Below, piece after piece: positions 11,106 to 24,058 of a stretch of DNA of 64,000 nt. Position numbers and translations under genes: made by a program. Origin of the DNA: Trichoplax adhaerens (taxonomy: Eukaryota > Animalia > Placozoa); the NCBI RefSeq assembly GCF_000150275.1, contig NW_002060946.1, forward strand, positions 3,119,454-3,183,453, written 5' to 3'. The notes under the pieces are model-generated. The model worked only from the letters and a program-made list of their open reading frames with translations. It made no database searches and was not told the DNA's origin. The first letter of the stretch is position 1. Every line of letters begins with the position of its first letter.

Positions 11106-13989
11106 CCTAGCTAGCGCTGAATACATACTTTTTGCCTCTACCCGTAATTGTGCTTTTATATTTTTGCAATTTTTACTATCTAAAGTACAAACATGATCTA
11201 TTTGGCGACTGCAAGCATGCATACATTATACTACAGTTCTTTCTACCAGTTTAACTACGAGTATCGTAGTTATTCTGGACCGGTAAGTACCCGGAGTAGT
11301 TATTAGGTAGGCGTACTAATGCTTATAAGCACATGTACTGTATGCCATATAACCAGATAATTTGGACATTTACTAATGATATAATATCATACAGAATGAC
11401 ATGTAGCATCTAATCCTATGGTGCACTGTGAGTAGATTATAAAAGGAGTTATTGGTTGGTGCCACATGGAATTGTAATTACAAAGGCAGTAAGATGTACG
11501 CTAGTGTTTGGAGTAATAAAGATCTCTACTTCTATGATAAAAAGGATATTTGTATTTTCCTGTGAGGACCCTCAACCTCAGTTGATATCCAGTGATCGTA
11601 ACATATTTAATGGCAGCAATCTCGAACCTTCAATACCAACGAAATATATGCAATTTTGTTTATTTATTTTATCTTTACTTTCTCTAAACTGATTTATGAT
11701 AAAAAGAGTCTTTGTATTTTCCTGTGAGGACACTAACCTCGCTCAATATCCAGTCATTGTATCATTTACAATTTATGTTTCAAATTATAGCTCCATACTA
11801 CGACTTTTTACTTATTTACAATAACGATGATAAAGAAATTGCTGATCCAATAGTATCCAAGCTCAAGAAGTTGAAAATAAAATGTGTTGGAGATGGTGGC
11901 CCAGGTCAAAGCCTGTTGATAGATTCTGGCAAAGATTTTATAAAAGCCAAAAGGATCGTTTTTTTTTTAACCAAATCTCTGCTAGCAAAAAATCAATGGG
12001 TAAAGTTACTGGCAGATCCACATGCTTATAAGTTGTTATTCACAGGTTAAGTAATAATTGTCTTACTGAATTATAGGTGTACTGGTATATTTATAACATA
12101 GTAATAGCTATGACATCTTCGTAATTATACATAAATATAACACAATGCAAATCAATTGCTGAAGGAAATTTTAATAGAAAACCGGCACCGTATTGAGATA
12201 ATAATAGCAGAAATACGTATTATGCAGTGACTTCTGAGCTCGAGGATACTCAGAAGTTCCTATCCCATTTATGCTGTCTTGTTCGAGCACGAGCACATGA
12301 AGTCTATTGAAAAATGCCTCTAGGGTCATCTACAAGTACACTATAAACAGCGATGATGCAGGCTATTATATTTACTTATCATTTTTATGTTGTGTCATAA
12401 GATAATAGTATATTACATCTATGACGGTGTTAAGAAATTATGTATTAATTACAAAACACTTGTTACAGTTGATTACTTAAATTAATCTTTCTTGTTGCGA
12501 TATCAGCTTTGAAATTTCGTATATATTCATTACGCATGAAATGAGTCGCAATCAGTAAATTTAGTAAAACACAATATTTTTTTAATTTACCGCCTTAAGA
12601 TTACTGTCATATTAGAGCAGTTATAATTGTACACTTTGTTTCAAGAACATTTTTTTAAGTAGCGCAAGGATACGGTCTAGATCTCAAAGAAACATCTGCA
12701 TAGAACTAGCCAATTTATACGTTAATTAAATCATCCGCGTATAATATAGAATACCGTAGTTCGCTATAAATTGATATGACATTTCTTGCTCTTAATGTAA
12801 TAGGTATAGGATCATAGCGTGACTCAAAACATCTTTATAACAAAATGATATTATGCAAAAAATGAGATACCGGGTATATTTATATATAAAATATTAAATT
12901 CCATATTTTTCTTAGCCAGAACATATTTTCATTATAGAGGGGGACCCTTTAATTGCGATATGGTATGTCGGAATCGATGAGATTCTGAGACGGATTCCTT
13001 TTCTAGCAGGTAGAGTTGGAATTTCCGGTCATCAAGGGGCCAACTATGTTGCAGAAAAGCTGATTAAGATATCAAGTTCGTAGATATTCAAACGCGATTG
13101 TTATTGCAATAATTGGGATTGAAAAATGATGTCATAGACGTAATCAATCATTTATATGGCTAATAACTCCTTTATTATAGGAGACAACAATGTGTATGAT
13201 GTAGATTTAGAAGCCATGAAATACTTAGGTATGTGTATTATTGATAAGAAATATCGTATTTTACTTGCTATCAGCAGTTAAAGTATAAGTGCCTATCCTT
13301 TTTTCATAAATGATTATGGTTGTGATGATGATACTTTATCTTCACTTACTACTCATTAATTTGTTGCATTCTTAAAGCTAATAAAGGAATTTAGTATAGT
13401 ATATGTGTCAGTATAAGGCTAAGGAAAGAGCTACTACGGCAGTATATTATAATGCAAACTATTCCGATTCGGAACTCTTAAGTTGATTTATAGCTTTGCT
13501 AATACGAAAATTTTATAATAATTATAATCATAGTATTATACGAGAAGACTTGCTATAATTACTGAAGTTATCGTAACTGGGACAGATTTGATAGATGATT
13601 TTTCATTATAACTTGAGTAGTGACTTACTTATTCAACTTCTATTAAAAGTGGTTTTGTTAGCTAGATTTTGTTACTTTTTATTTGTTGAAGAGAGCGAAG
13701 CAAAGATTATATATGAGGATATCTACGGGATTTTAAGCCCTTCAATTTCAAGTCCTCCAGTATCTTCGATCACTATCAATCAGTCGCCAGAATTTCATAC
13801 TGATGGCAATAGCCAAACGGAGGGAAATGTACCGGACGTTGATCAAGATAGTAATTTTTGTGGCGAAATGGTAATTTATATAGCAGTATTCGTAAGATTG
13901 CAGCTACTTCATTTATTAACACATTAATTGTTAGTACATTTGTTTAAATTATTATGCCAATCTGTTATGATGAATAGACCGTGTTATAG
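9308..13989 (+). CDS. TIR-like domain protein 2 (multi-exon, 5' end unresolved; model 9308-9370, 9827-9890, 9967-10022, 10506-10566, 10658-10713, 11791-12045, 12938-13075, 13181-13228, 13692-13870, 13978-13989)
   Basis: Phase-compatible GT-AG exons give an open frame. Core: PYYDFLLIYNNDDKEIADPIVSKLKKLKIKC (TIR box1-like)...KAKRIVFFLTKSLLAKNQWVKLLADPH...EGDPLIAIWYVGIDEILRRIPFLAGRVGISGHQGANYVAEKLIKIS. Clear paralogy to gene 1. Start codon and last exon are uncertain. Confidence 0.75.
11533..11772 (+). repeat. Direct repeat of ~75 bp, period 162
   Basis: tatgataaaaag...tttgtattttcctgtgaggac...aacctc...atatccagt at 11533 and 11695. Confidence 0.85.
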
Positions 13990-15271
13990 TCACAACTGAA
14001 GACATTCATGGCTCGTTGGTAAAGCTCGAGGTAGAAAATAGGAATAAACGATTGCTTAATCCAAAACCTTATACATGTATATTTAATGATTTACTTCAAT
14101 GCGCAGAAGTATTTTTTAAGAGCGTTATAATTACAGGAATGATTTCCACTTATCCATACATTTAATAATAATGACCATTTATATAATTATGAACTCAACG
14201 TTATATGAAATTATTGTGTTAGAAAATGCTAGTGTATGTCTGTAGTGATGTAAGCTATATTTGATAGCATTGATAGCTGACTGGCTATATGTATATGTAT
14301 AGTCACTGATAAGACTCTTTCCGTTTTTTTAAAGATATTTGATAAATATCCAACTAATGATGCTTTCTTCCTCAATAAATTATAATGATAAAACGTGCCA
14401 TGGTAAATACAGCAAGAGAAAACCTGAATTTATGAACTTATCGCTATAGATATAACGTTGATATGTACTGTAATCAAGTACACCCGCAATTATATGAAAG
14501 CGGCCAATTTTAATCATTGAAAAGAATGAAAAGGTTCAAAAGAAATTTCTCGTGCGATTCCCTGTATATAATTCCTTATAATTGTGCTAGTTGAAGATAT
14601 GGAAGTATGGACCTTCAACGCAATAGTTAGTGAAGAATTAGCTCCTAAAAAGGTGTTATAATTTCATAGGAGTTTCGCTAGTTGTAGTTCGTCGAGATCG
14701 ACTTTCATGAAGACTCAGCACCAGTCTAGGTACCAAAGACTCCTTAATTCTACCTTCAATTGTTAAACTCGAAACTCAAATTGTGAACCTTCTTAGAAGC
14801 TTTAAACTTCCTGTTACAAATCTAAGTTTATAACGTGGAAAATTTAACTATTAAGGAAACTAAACATTGCGAGCCTACTGTCAATTTTATCTTCCCTGAT
14901 ATCCACCTACATAAAACTGAACCCAAACTTTATTGATTCTACATAAATAGTAATCATCGATTGATGATAATATTATACAACTATGCAATTATTTATTAAA
15001 AATATGTAAATTTCATAGGTAATTAATATTGACACATTCCTAGATAGATTATCCTATGGAAACTATGTTACAACACCTATGCACAAGTTACTCCTTCGCG
15101 TAATTTATAAAATATACAGCCTACAAGACATACGATTATCAAAGTAGTAAAATATTTAATGGAACACGTAAAGGTATCATAATCTTACTACTAAATTGGA
15201 TGCTACGTTACGTAATAACGTACGTAAATGGATATAGATTTATATGCCTCCCTTCAAAACTCCTGGCTTTG

Positions 15272-15548
15272 ATATCCTCGACGTCGGATTATACCGTCGG
15301 GTATTTGTAGAATTTACAGGAAGCCTTCCTAACACTTGGAAGTTCTAACTACTACGGTTCTTGCCCATGGTCTTAACATAACGATTCTGTGTTATACTGT
15401 AGGTTCTGTACTATTTATACCCTCGACGACATATTATATCGTAGGGTGTCTGCAAAATCTACAGTATGCTTCCCTAGTACTTGGAGGTCTTAACCATTGT
15501 GGTTCATCTCTATGGTCCTAGCATAGCTATTCTGTGTCATACTGTACT
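15272..15548. repeat. Two-copy tandem repeat, period 145 bp
   Basis: cctcgacg...acttgga...atggtc...attctgtgt.atactgta at 15276 and 15421; essentially gap-free alignment. Confidence 0.85.
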
Positions 15549-16194
15549 AGGTACTTCACTAATCTTAGCACTTTCGAAATGTCAGTTATACAAGTAGTGG
15601 TAGGGTGTTCTTTCTTTAAGACCTCTGGTATAAGTATATTTGTGAAGACTGTATGAAATGGTATTTATAAAGGGAAAACTATCATATACTATAGTTACTA
15701 TATGATATCATGGCGACATTGTCATAGAAGACATATGAATATCTAAGTAATAGATTACCTAATAGAGCACGCAAATGGCAGTATTGATACAAGGAAACTA
15801 CGATATACTGTAATTACCAGACGTATTATTGCATGATGGCCTTATCGTAGAGTACACAGGACTATTCTAAACTGGAGAATATCTTTTTAGCTCTATGTTT
15901 GGCATGCCAATAAAAGTTTAGTCGAAGCGCATGCACTGAGCAGAGTTGTAAAAATCAGTAATGCAAAGAGTAGGGCAGCTACCTTGGGGCAAAGATATTA
16001 TTATAGTATTAAACTGTTGACTGTACGTAGGATAGTGCACCTATAATCGTATGGTCGTTAAAAGTCAATACTGCTGTGCCGGGTATTCATCATATTATAG
16101 TTTATGCATCAGTTCTAGTGGCCAAGAAATTGGCAAAGCAAATCAACAGTAACGCAGATTACAGATTTTATTTACTCATAAAAATACATAATTG

Positions 16195-17215
16195 CTACGC
16201 TTTTCAGGTAGATCATGATATTGGATACTGTGATATTACATAGAATTGTAATATTGTTTCTTTCGCCGTAATTTAGTAAGGAGTTCAAAAAAGTATAAAT
16301 GGGATTTACATGTAGATCATGATATTGTATATTTTGATATTACGTAGAACTCCAATCTTGATTGTTTGTCGCTGTAATTTCAAGGTAGAATGTTCAAAAG
16401 CATGAGTGCGGTTGCATTTAGATGGTGATATTGTACGCATATACTGTAATATTGGTGAAACTGCAATTTTGATAGTTTCTTTCGCCGTAATTTCAAGGTA
16501 AAGAGTTGAGAAGCTCTGTAATTTTGATTGTTTCTTCGTCGTAGTTTAAAGTGTTCAAAAGCTGGGTGCCATTTTCAGGTAGATCATGATAGCGTATTCT
16601 GTGATATCACATAGAACTATAATCTTAATTGTTTCTTTTGCCGTGTTTTCAAAATAAGGAGTTCAAAAGCTGGATGCAATTGTCAGGTAGATCATGATGT
16701 TGTATACTGTGATATTACGTAGAACTATAGTCTTTGATTGTTTCTTTTACCGTAATTTCAAAGCAAAAAATTCAAAAGCTGGGTGCGATTTCCAGGTAGA
16801 TCATGATGCTGTATACTCTGATATTGCGTAGAACTGTGCTTTTAATTGTTTTCCTTTGCTGTATTTCAGGATATAAAGAGTTTAAAAGCTGGGTGTAATT
16901 TTCAGGCCGATCATGATAGCGTATACTCTGATATAATGTTGAATTGGAATTTTGATTGTTTCCTTCGCCATAATTTCAAGATTAAGCGTTCTAGAGAATG
17001 AGCACGATTTCTAGGTAGATCACGATCGTGTATAAAGTGATATCACGTAGAACTGCAATCTTGATTGTTTCTTTGCCGTAATTTCAAAATAAGACTTTAA
17101 AAGTATGGGTGCAATTTTTAGGAGATCTTGATATTGTATACTGTGATACTACGTAGAATTTTAATCTTGATCGCTTCCTTTTACCGTAACTTCAAAATCA
17201 GAATTCAAAAGTATA
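16195..17215. repeat. Tandem array of ~108-bp units, about 9-10 copies
   Basis: Recurrent ttcaggtagatcatgat.ttgtatactgtgatattacgtagaact...ttgattgtttctttcgccgtaatttcaa...gagttcaaaagctgggtgc; unit anchors near 16205, 16310, 16420, 16576, 16684, 16793, 16903, 17013, 17120. Confidence 0.93.
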
Positions 17216-20200
17216 GGAGAAAATTTATCGATAGCTAAGTAATCTACCCATAATTAGACTAAGCTATATGATATTAACTTAACCATGTACTGCTAAAACA
17301 AAACAGTAGTACATGAATGAAAAGAGGAATCAAGAATTAATTTGATGTCGATTTGTAGTCTAGAGAATATCGTATGATAAAAGCTATGAGTGATTTTATT
17401 CCCTATTTTATTCAGATTATAGCCTACCCTATTTTATTTTAGAAGTCATATTCTAGATGAGACAAATTATGGTATGATACTGTAATAAAGTTCTTTAAAT
17501 TTGTATAGATTAAATTAGAAATAAATGTGTTTTCATAACCAAAACCTATTAAGAGAGTATTAGTAACGACTAGGAAGGCTTTAGAGTATGGAAACTACTG
17601 CTATTTCATAAATTACCATACATGGTTATAGGCAAAATAATTATTTATCATTAGCATAGAGTTCTGGTGGCAAATGAGCAGATTGCTAGTTAATTATCAT
17701 AATAGCACAAATGTTATTATTCCTTCATAATATATTATATGTAATAATATGCATTAGATGCTATACAAACTTTATGATCTACAGGTACTTTCATAGTCAA
17801 GACTGCATTTTATTTTTCGTGCAATTAGTACAGCGAAATAGCATAAAGCTAGCGATCGGCCAGGCTCTTTGGTCTATGTGGAAACCTCCCTTACCTGCAA
17901 AATTCAGTAGTTTTTGACCGAAAGATACAGAGTGTGATTGACTATTACACTTCATAACCTGTAGAAGAATATCATCAGGTTATACTTTTGCGAATGCGGT
18001 ACGTTATTGTAGCGTAGATTAAATTGAAGGAAAAGTGTAATCAATGAGTTTTTTCTTTTGCAAGTTACCGGCATAACTTGATTTATTTTAATCAATTCCT
18101 GTACCCCTCATTAATGACTGTCAAATATGTACGGCATGAAATCAAATTTATAACAATGATCAAAATTTTACTACTATTCCTTCAAGCGCGGTAGCAGGCA
18201 AAACCGTTACGAAAGTTAATTGTTAGTTCTCGAAGCAATTATTAAAATATCCCACATAAAATTTCGATACTAATTACTATTATCGTTTCACTGAAATATA
18301 CTATGTTACTCAAATTCTTCAAATCTAGAATTTACAATTGTACGATAACTAAAATGCTTGTACATCTGTTTGGTACCAATTTACAACAATTCAAAGTTAT
18401 GAATAGAAGGGATATGGCAACTCCCTCAAAAATTTTATGGCACTAATACATCCTACATACATGGTTGAGATAAAATTTGTAGATGGGTTGACATTGAGTT
18501 GTCTCCATCTCTCGTATTGATATGGTCGAATATTTCATTGGCGTTGTTAATGTTAATGTGATTAAGTATGCATAAGTATATTAATGGACGCATTTAAGAT
18601 GATGGATCATGTGGGCCATTGTATTCTTTCCTAATAAAATCTAGAATTTACCGGAATACCGGTTATTGACTTCCATTATAAATAGTAATTTCCTAGGATT
18701 CTTTTATCCTATAGTAAGAATTATAGTTATACCTTCAATTTTAAAGAAGGGTATTAAATTCTTCTCTATCTTCTTACTTATCATTTATATCACGTATCAT
18801 TTACTTTATTTGTAATAATTATTAAAACTTATAGTATGACTTCTTGATTTTTACACGTATTTTACATTTATTGTTCGAAGCATCTGAATTTGTTAAGTTC
18901 ACTATTTAAAATGGAAACAATGTTTTCATTTATGACTACTTTATTATCTGATTGGCTATAGTATAATTTATTTAAATGAATGAGCTGTTGCTTTAGGAAG
19001 TGAATGTAACTATGTGTTCCGATTAGATTCTCTTCTGTAGTAAATAAAGCAATTCTAATTGCGGCAAAAGGAGCAGCACGAGCTTTTTGTGGAAGATAAG
19101 TCTTCGACGTTCGCGTTACTTCTTGCTGCTTTGCCCAACTTCGGAGTTCTTTTTAAAAAATCTACTTTTTTCAATGTCTTTACGTACAAAACAGTAAATA
19201 TGCTGTTTACCTTCAAGCGACAATCGAGGAAAATAAGAATTAAAGAATTGATTTTTATTCAATCTAGATATATCTGTATCCAAATAAGTTTTTATCTTTT
19301 AATTATCATGATGTCGTATTTAATTCATAAATTATTACTGTAACTTATTTAAGTGCTCACTGTCAATACATACATCAAATTGATTATTGCCTAACGTCAT
19401 TATAATTACGTTCGAGTATTTACCACAATTCTTTAAAGAACTGGCTACAGCAAATCTATTCGCTAATATCTTTAAGCATACCCAAAATAGACTAAATCTT
19501 TCGATAATACCTATCTTTATTCTCTGTTATTTAATATTCATAATCTTAGTTTCACGAATTATTTGACCGTGATAAAAGCAGATTGCTAGACTCGAAGATA
19601 TTTTTCAATTCAAAGTAATATTGTATTTAATAACATACTTCAGACTGGCTTGTGATCCAGAAAAGTTCATATTATTGTGTTTTAAGCTTATTTTTCGTCG
19701 GAGTTAATCATACATTATTATATTGCCAATAAAGATTATTGTCTTATTAATGTTAACTTTTAGTCAATACTTTGAAAGATAGTAATATTAGATTGCGAAG
19801 GTTAGTGTATAAGATCAGTATTAGAAGATGCAAACAAGAAATTTGATTGGAAAGCTTTTATCTTCGTATCCGCTCAATATAATGTAATAAGGAGCTTCGG
19901 CAGTTAGATATTCAACCATGCATATCCGAAATAAACATTTTCATGCCACAATTAAGAAAATATTACCCCTTTGACACGTAAGTTATTATATGCTGGTAAT
20001 TAATATTGGCCTTAAGGTCTATTTGTAGATGCGGCAGAGTATTCGTAAATATATCATCTTGAAAATTATTTTGCTTTAATCATATTATACATTTAGCATA
20101 CTAATCAATGCTATCTAGTCATAAGCCGAAAGCAGTTTTAAAATAGACATAATGACGTTTTAACAACAATAATATATCATCATATATTATAAGTACCTTG

Positions 20201-21456
20201 TTTGATGTTAGATATTAGGTTCTAGAAATAAAAAGCTGAAACAAAAATGATTTTCTATGTAAACAAGAATACAATATAACTTCATAATTTTTCTCCTCTT
20301 AACTCTGTTTCCTTTCCTAATAAGTAATGCGCTCGATTAAAGTGGGATAGGCCAGCCACATAAATTGAGCTTATTGTTGTTCATTAATAACAGTTTCGTT
20401 ATTCTTTAAACCTTAATCAAATCGTTTTCAACATAATAATTAAAGTGATTGAATAACGAAACCAGATTGAATTTAATTTTGTTGTTACTTCTGATTTAAG
20501 GCAATATTTCAATTCTTGTTATTCCAATAAATATCAAGACAATCTTTATTTTTCTTTTTTCAATTCCTTTAATGATGCATTCTAACAATAATGTCCTTTT
20601 TGTTTTAACATTTTTTTCTGATTTTATTAAATGTAAAAGCGTTGTTCTAGTTTCTTTTTGCTTTCGTAATAGCCCGGTATAAAGCCCATCTATTCTTCAA
20701 AAGATGGCAAGTATTATTTGCATTTTCCGAAGAGAGGATTTCCTTATTTATCTTTTACAGCCTACAACATAATGCCGATACAGGAGTAATACACTTATAA
20801 TGCAGAAATAGCAATAAAATGAGGAAATAAAGGTCTTGTCTATGAGGTAATAATGGTGATAGATTTTATAGTTATATATATAGTAACTTTTACGTCATTC
20901 GGAATAGTTTGCCAAACATATACCTAGATTTTAGCTATTGATTGTGTCAAGTAATAAATTGGGAAAATTTAAAGAAAAAAATTGATTCCCTTCATGTACT
21001 GTTCTAGTTATGACGTCGATCATCAATTTCCTCCTTTCTCATGCGATTATTTAAGAAAGGGTGATAAATTATAATTATTGGTTCCTATATTGGTCATTTT
21101 AAAATTAACCTCGCCTGAGATGAAATATTGTAAAGAAATTGCACAATACATTTTAAAGATATATATCACCCTATTCCGCTATTTGTGTATTAAATTATCT
21201 ATCTACCTAAGTTTTTAAGGTACGAAATAGGCTTTTAATTAAGAATTAAGTAGACTAAGATTTTTAATTTAATTTAAGAATTTGATAAGTGCTTAAAATA
21301 AATATCTTGTTTATCAATTCCACCAAAATCATAAAATTGCATTGCATGCCTGTTTATTTAACACGTTTAAAAATATCGTTAACACTGTTTTAATCTATTC
21401 TAATATTTCAAATCTTTAATGATAGGCTAATACTTGGCTTAAAATTAACGAGGTAA

Positions 21457-22452
21457 ATGGAAAATAACACTATTGTAACTCTTAGCAAACACATAGATCG
21501 CGACATAACACGAAATCTTTACATGTTCATTTCTGTTATTGCTATCATTGGCAATGGATTTGTGTGCAGTTTATTTATTGGTAAACAGTCCCTTTTGCAG
21601 CATGCCACAAATCGATTTATACTCTTATTAGCAATAGTGGACAGTCTAACAGCTATCATGGTTATTATATCACCCACAAGCCAACTTCTTGGTAATCCTT
21701 ATCCCTATCCTGGACGTGGACTGGGACAGCAATTCTTTTGCATCATCATCTATTCTGAATATTTCTTATGGGCATTTGGCTATATTTCCATATATACTAT
21801 TGCTATGCTAAGTCTAGAGCGTTTATGCCTGGTTATTCTGCCTATCTTTCACAAAAAATTTTTCACCCCTTTCTACGTTAACGCTTTGATCGTTCTTTTA
21901 ATTTTCATTGGATTAATCTTATCTGCGCCTAATCTATTTCAAATTAGAATTACTAATGATGTACGGCGTCCTTGTAGATTTATATCTTTGCGTGTTAATC
22001 AAGTAGTTAAATCTCTTATCATTATTCTCTCTTTTATCTTGCAATTTTTTATTCCAGAACTAATCACCTTTGCATGTTACGTGATCATTATTTGCCGTAT
22101 GAGAAAAATTGGGCTGACTCCTAACGAAGCCACGATTGATATACGATCTCAACGGAATCGTCGTTCACGACGACAAGTAACATTAATGATTTTTGTAGCA
22201 TCCATTGCACTTTTTATTTGCTGGTTACCTAACAGTATCTACTTTACTTTGATTCAATTTAGTCTGGTAGCATCTTTAGATAATTTTCATTTTATAACTA
22301 AGACATTAGTTATTGCAAACTCTACTATTAATCCAATCATCTACGTAACTGTTAATATATATTACAGGAAATTATTTGTCAAGACACTTCGAAGGTTATT
22401 GAGCTTTCGTCGGAAACGGCATAAAATTAAAATCAATGTCATTAGAAACTGA
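21457..22452 (+). CDS. Class A (rhodopsin-like) orphan GPCR, single coding exon, subgroup A
   Basis: Seven hydrophobic segments; GN (TM1), LAIVD (TM2), SLERL (DRY equivalent), ECL2 Cys, CWLP (TM6), NPIIY (TM7); N-terminal N-glycosylation sequon NNT. Confidence 0.95.
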   Translation: MENNTIVTLSKHIDRDITRNLYMFISVIAIIGNGFVCSLFIGKQSLLQHATNRFILLLAIVDSLTAIMVIISPTSQLLGNPYPYPGRGLGQQFFCIIIYSEYFLWAFGYISIYTIAMLSLERLCLVILPIFHKKFFTPFYVNALIVLLIFIGLILSAPNLFQIRITNDVRRPCRFISLRVNQVVKSLIIILSFILQFFIPELITFACYVIIICRMRKIGLTPNEATIDIRSQRNRRSRRQVTLMIFVASIALFICWLPNSIYFTLIQFSLVASLDNFHFITKTLVIANSTINPIIYVTVNIYYRKLFVKTLRRLLSFRRKRHKIKINVIRN

Positions 22453-23904
22453 CGAGATGATTAGTATTGTTATCCTTTAGTACTGCTGCAAATAAAATCA
22501 AGCCTATTAATACACAGCACCAGCTAATCAGATAATTTAATAAAACATATCCTCCTTTAAAAATTTTGTAAGATGATTGCTTCAATAAGGTCACGAAGAT
22601 GAGGAAATACGGGTAGTCTCTATAAAAGCCTTCTGTAAGCTAGAAAGGTAGATTTCCTTCTTTTCAGAGATCACAAATTACAATGACAGCTATCATTCAC
22701 TGTAATATAATAATTTTATGAAAGTATTGAATAAATTAATATGTTAAGTAATAAGAATAAGAAAAGACTGGAAAGGATGTCAGCGTTATTTTTCATTATC
22801 TTGCTGAGAAAATAGCCTTAGCTGTCGTATGATAATTAACGCAATACATATTATGAAACTATTCCTGTTACATAGTTATTCTATTTTGATAAATGATAAC
22901 TGTCTTTGAATTTATTTCAATTCTATACCGTACATTTTGCTTTTCCTATTTTGCGAGATTATGTACCATCGCTGCAATATGTTTTATGCTCATTTATAAT
23001 TTGAACAGCCAAGCTAACGGTAAACTAATAATGAAATACATGGATAATCTTTATTATTGAAAGCATAGACGTATAGTTATTATTAATAGATGTGCCCGCG
23101 GTAATATAGTAAAATATTTAATGATACTATATTAAAGGGTTTGATAATGTTGTATGAATAATCATCTGTATAAGGTGGCTATATTAAATAGTAATATTGC
23201 CTACTAGTGTTGTATAAAAACATCTCTATTTCTAAACATTTAAATTTCTAGTTGTTTTATTTATTATCGTTTCATTATACAAAAAATTGCTCGAGACAAT
23301 AGAGATCATATAATTTCAGATGGAGTCGTTCACCATAATCTAGGTGTAGATTTTGTTATGCAATAAGGAAGGGATTCATGGTACAATATAATATTTTTAG
23401 GATGATTTTATTTTGCTTGAAAAATTTTGAAATTTTTTACTCCAATTTCATCAATCGTCGTCCGAAAATACTGGGTGTTACAAGGCATAATTAGATGGGG
23501 GTATAGTATATAAAAGCCATAGAAGCCTTTCATCACGTTTGACAATTCATTATCTTAGCTACTCATTAATATCGACCAACTACAGTAATAGCAGACATAT
23601 AATGCATTAAATTTGTCTAAACTACCATATATTCGATCTCATCGAAGACAAAGAGGTTTTCAAAATAATAAGTTATGATGCATCATATATTTATTTATCT
23701 CATAATTACTATCATTGCAAAATTAAGCGCTTAGAGACATAAACTACTCAATCCCTAAATTTTGCAACGACTAAACCTTTATATTCGTAAACATATATGA
23801 TAATAATTACAAGGTTGACTTTTACAGAACTGTAAGATTTGAAAATATTAGCGATGTAAATCACTATAAATTTAAATTAGACATTTATCCATTCAGTATT
23901 TCAT

Positions 23905-24058
23905 AGTTTTAGTACTCCAGTTCTCAAGGTCAATAGCAGCAATAATGATTGCAAGAGAAAAATGCAATCAAAATTAATAGCTTTAGTTTTAGTACTTCAA
24001 TTTATCAAATTAATAAAAGCAATAACGGTTGAAACAGAAAAACGTAATAAAAATTATA
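23905..24058. repeat. Two-copy ~80-bp tandem repeat
   Basis: tagttttagtact.ca.tt.tcaa...aata..agcaataa...ttg.aa.agaaaaa...aat.aaaatta occurs twice. Confidence 0.7.

Noticed and set aside
11237-11660. Extra micro-exon pair (11237-11282 and 11617 onward) in TIR-like gene 2
   Set aside because: The second exon resembles the module (NLEPSIPTKY) but has no convincing phase-1 donor, so it was left out of the model.
16195-17215. CRISPR array
   Set aside because: Whole units are homologous, with no unique spacers, no cas genes, and a eukaryotic context.
17711-19343. Short ORFs 17711-17917 and 19059-19343, and similar 60-95 aa ORFs elsewhere
   Set aside because: Mostly non-ATG starts and I/L/F/Y/K-rich composition expected from random AT-rich DNA.
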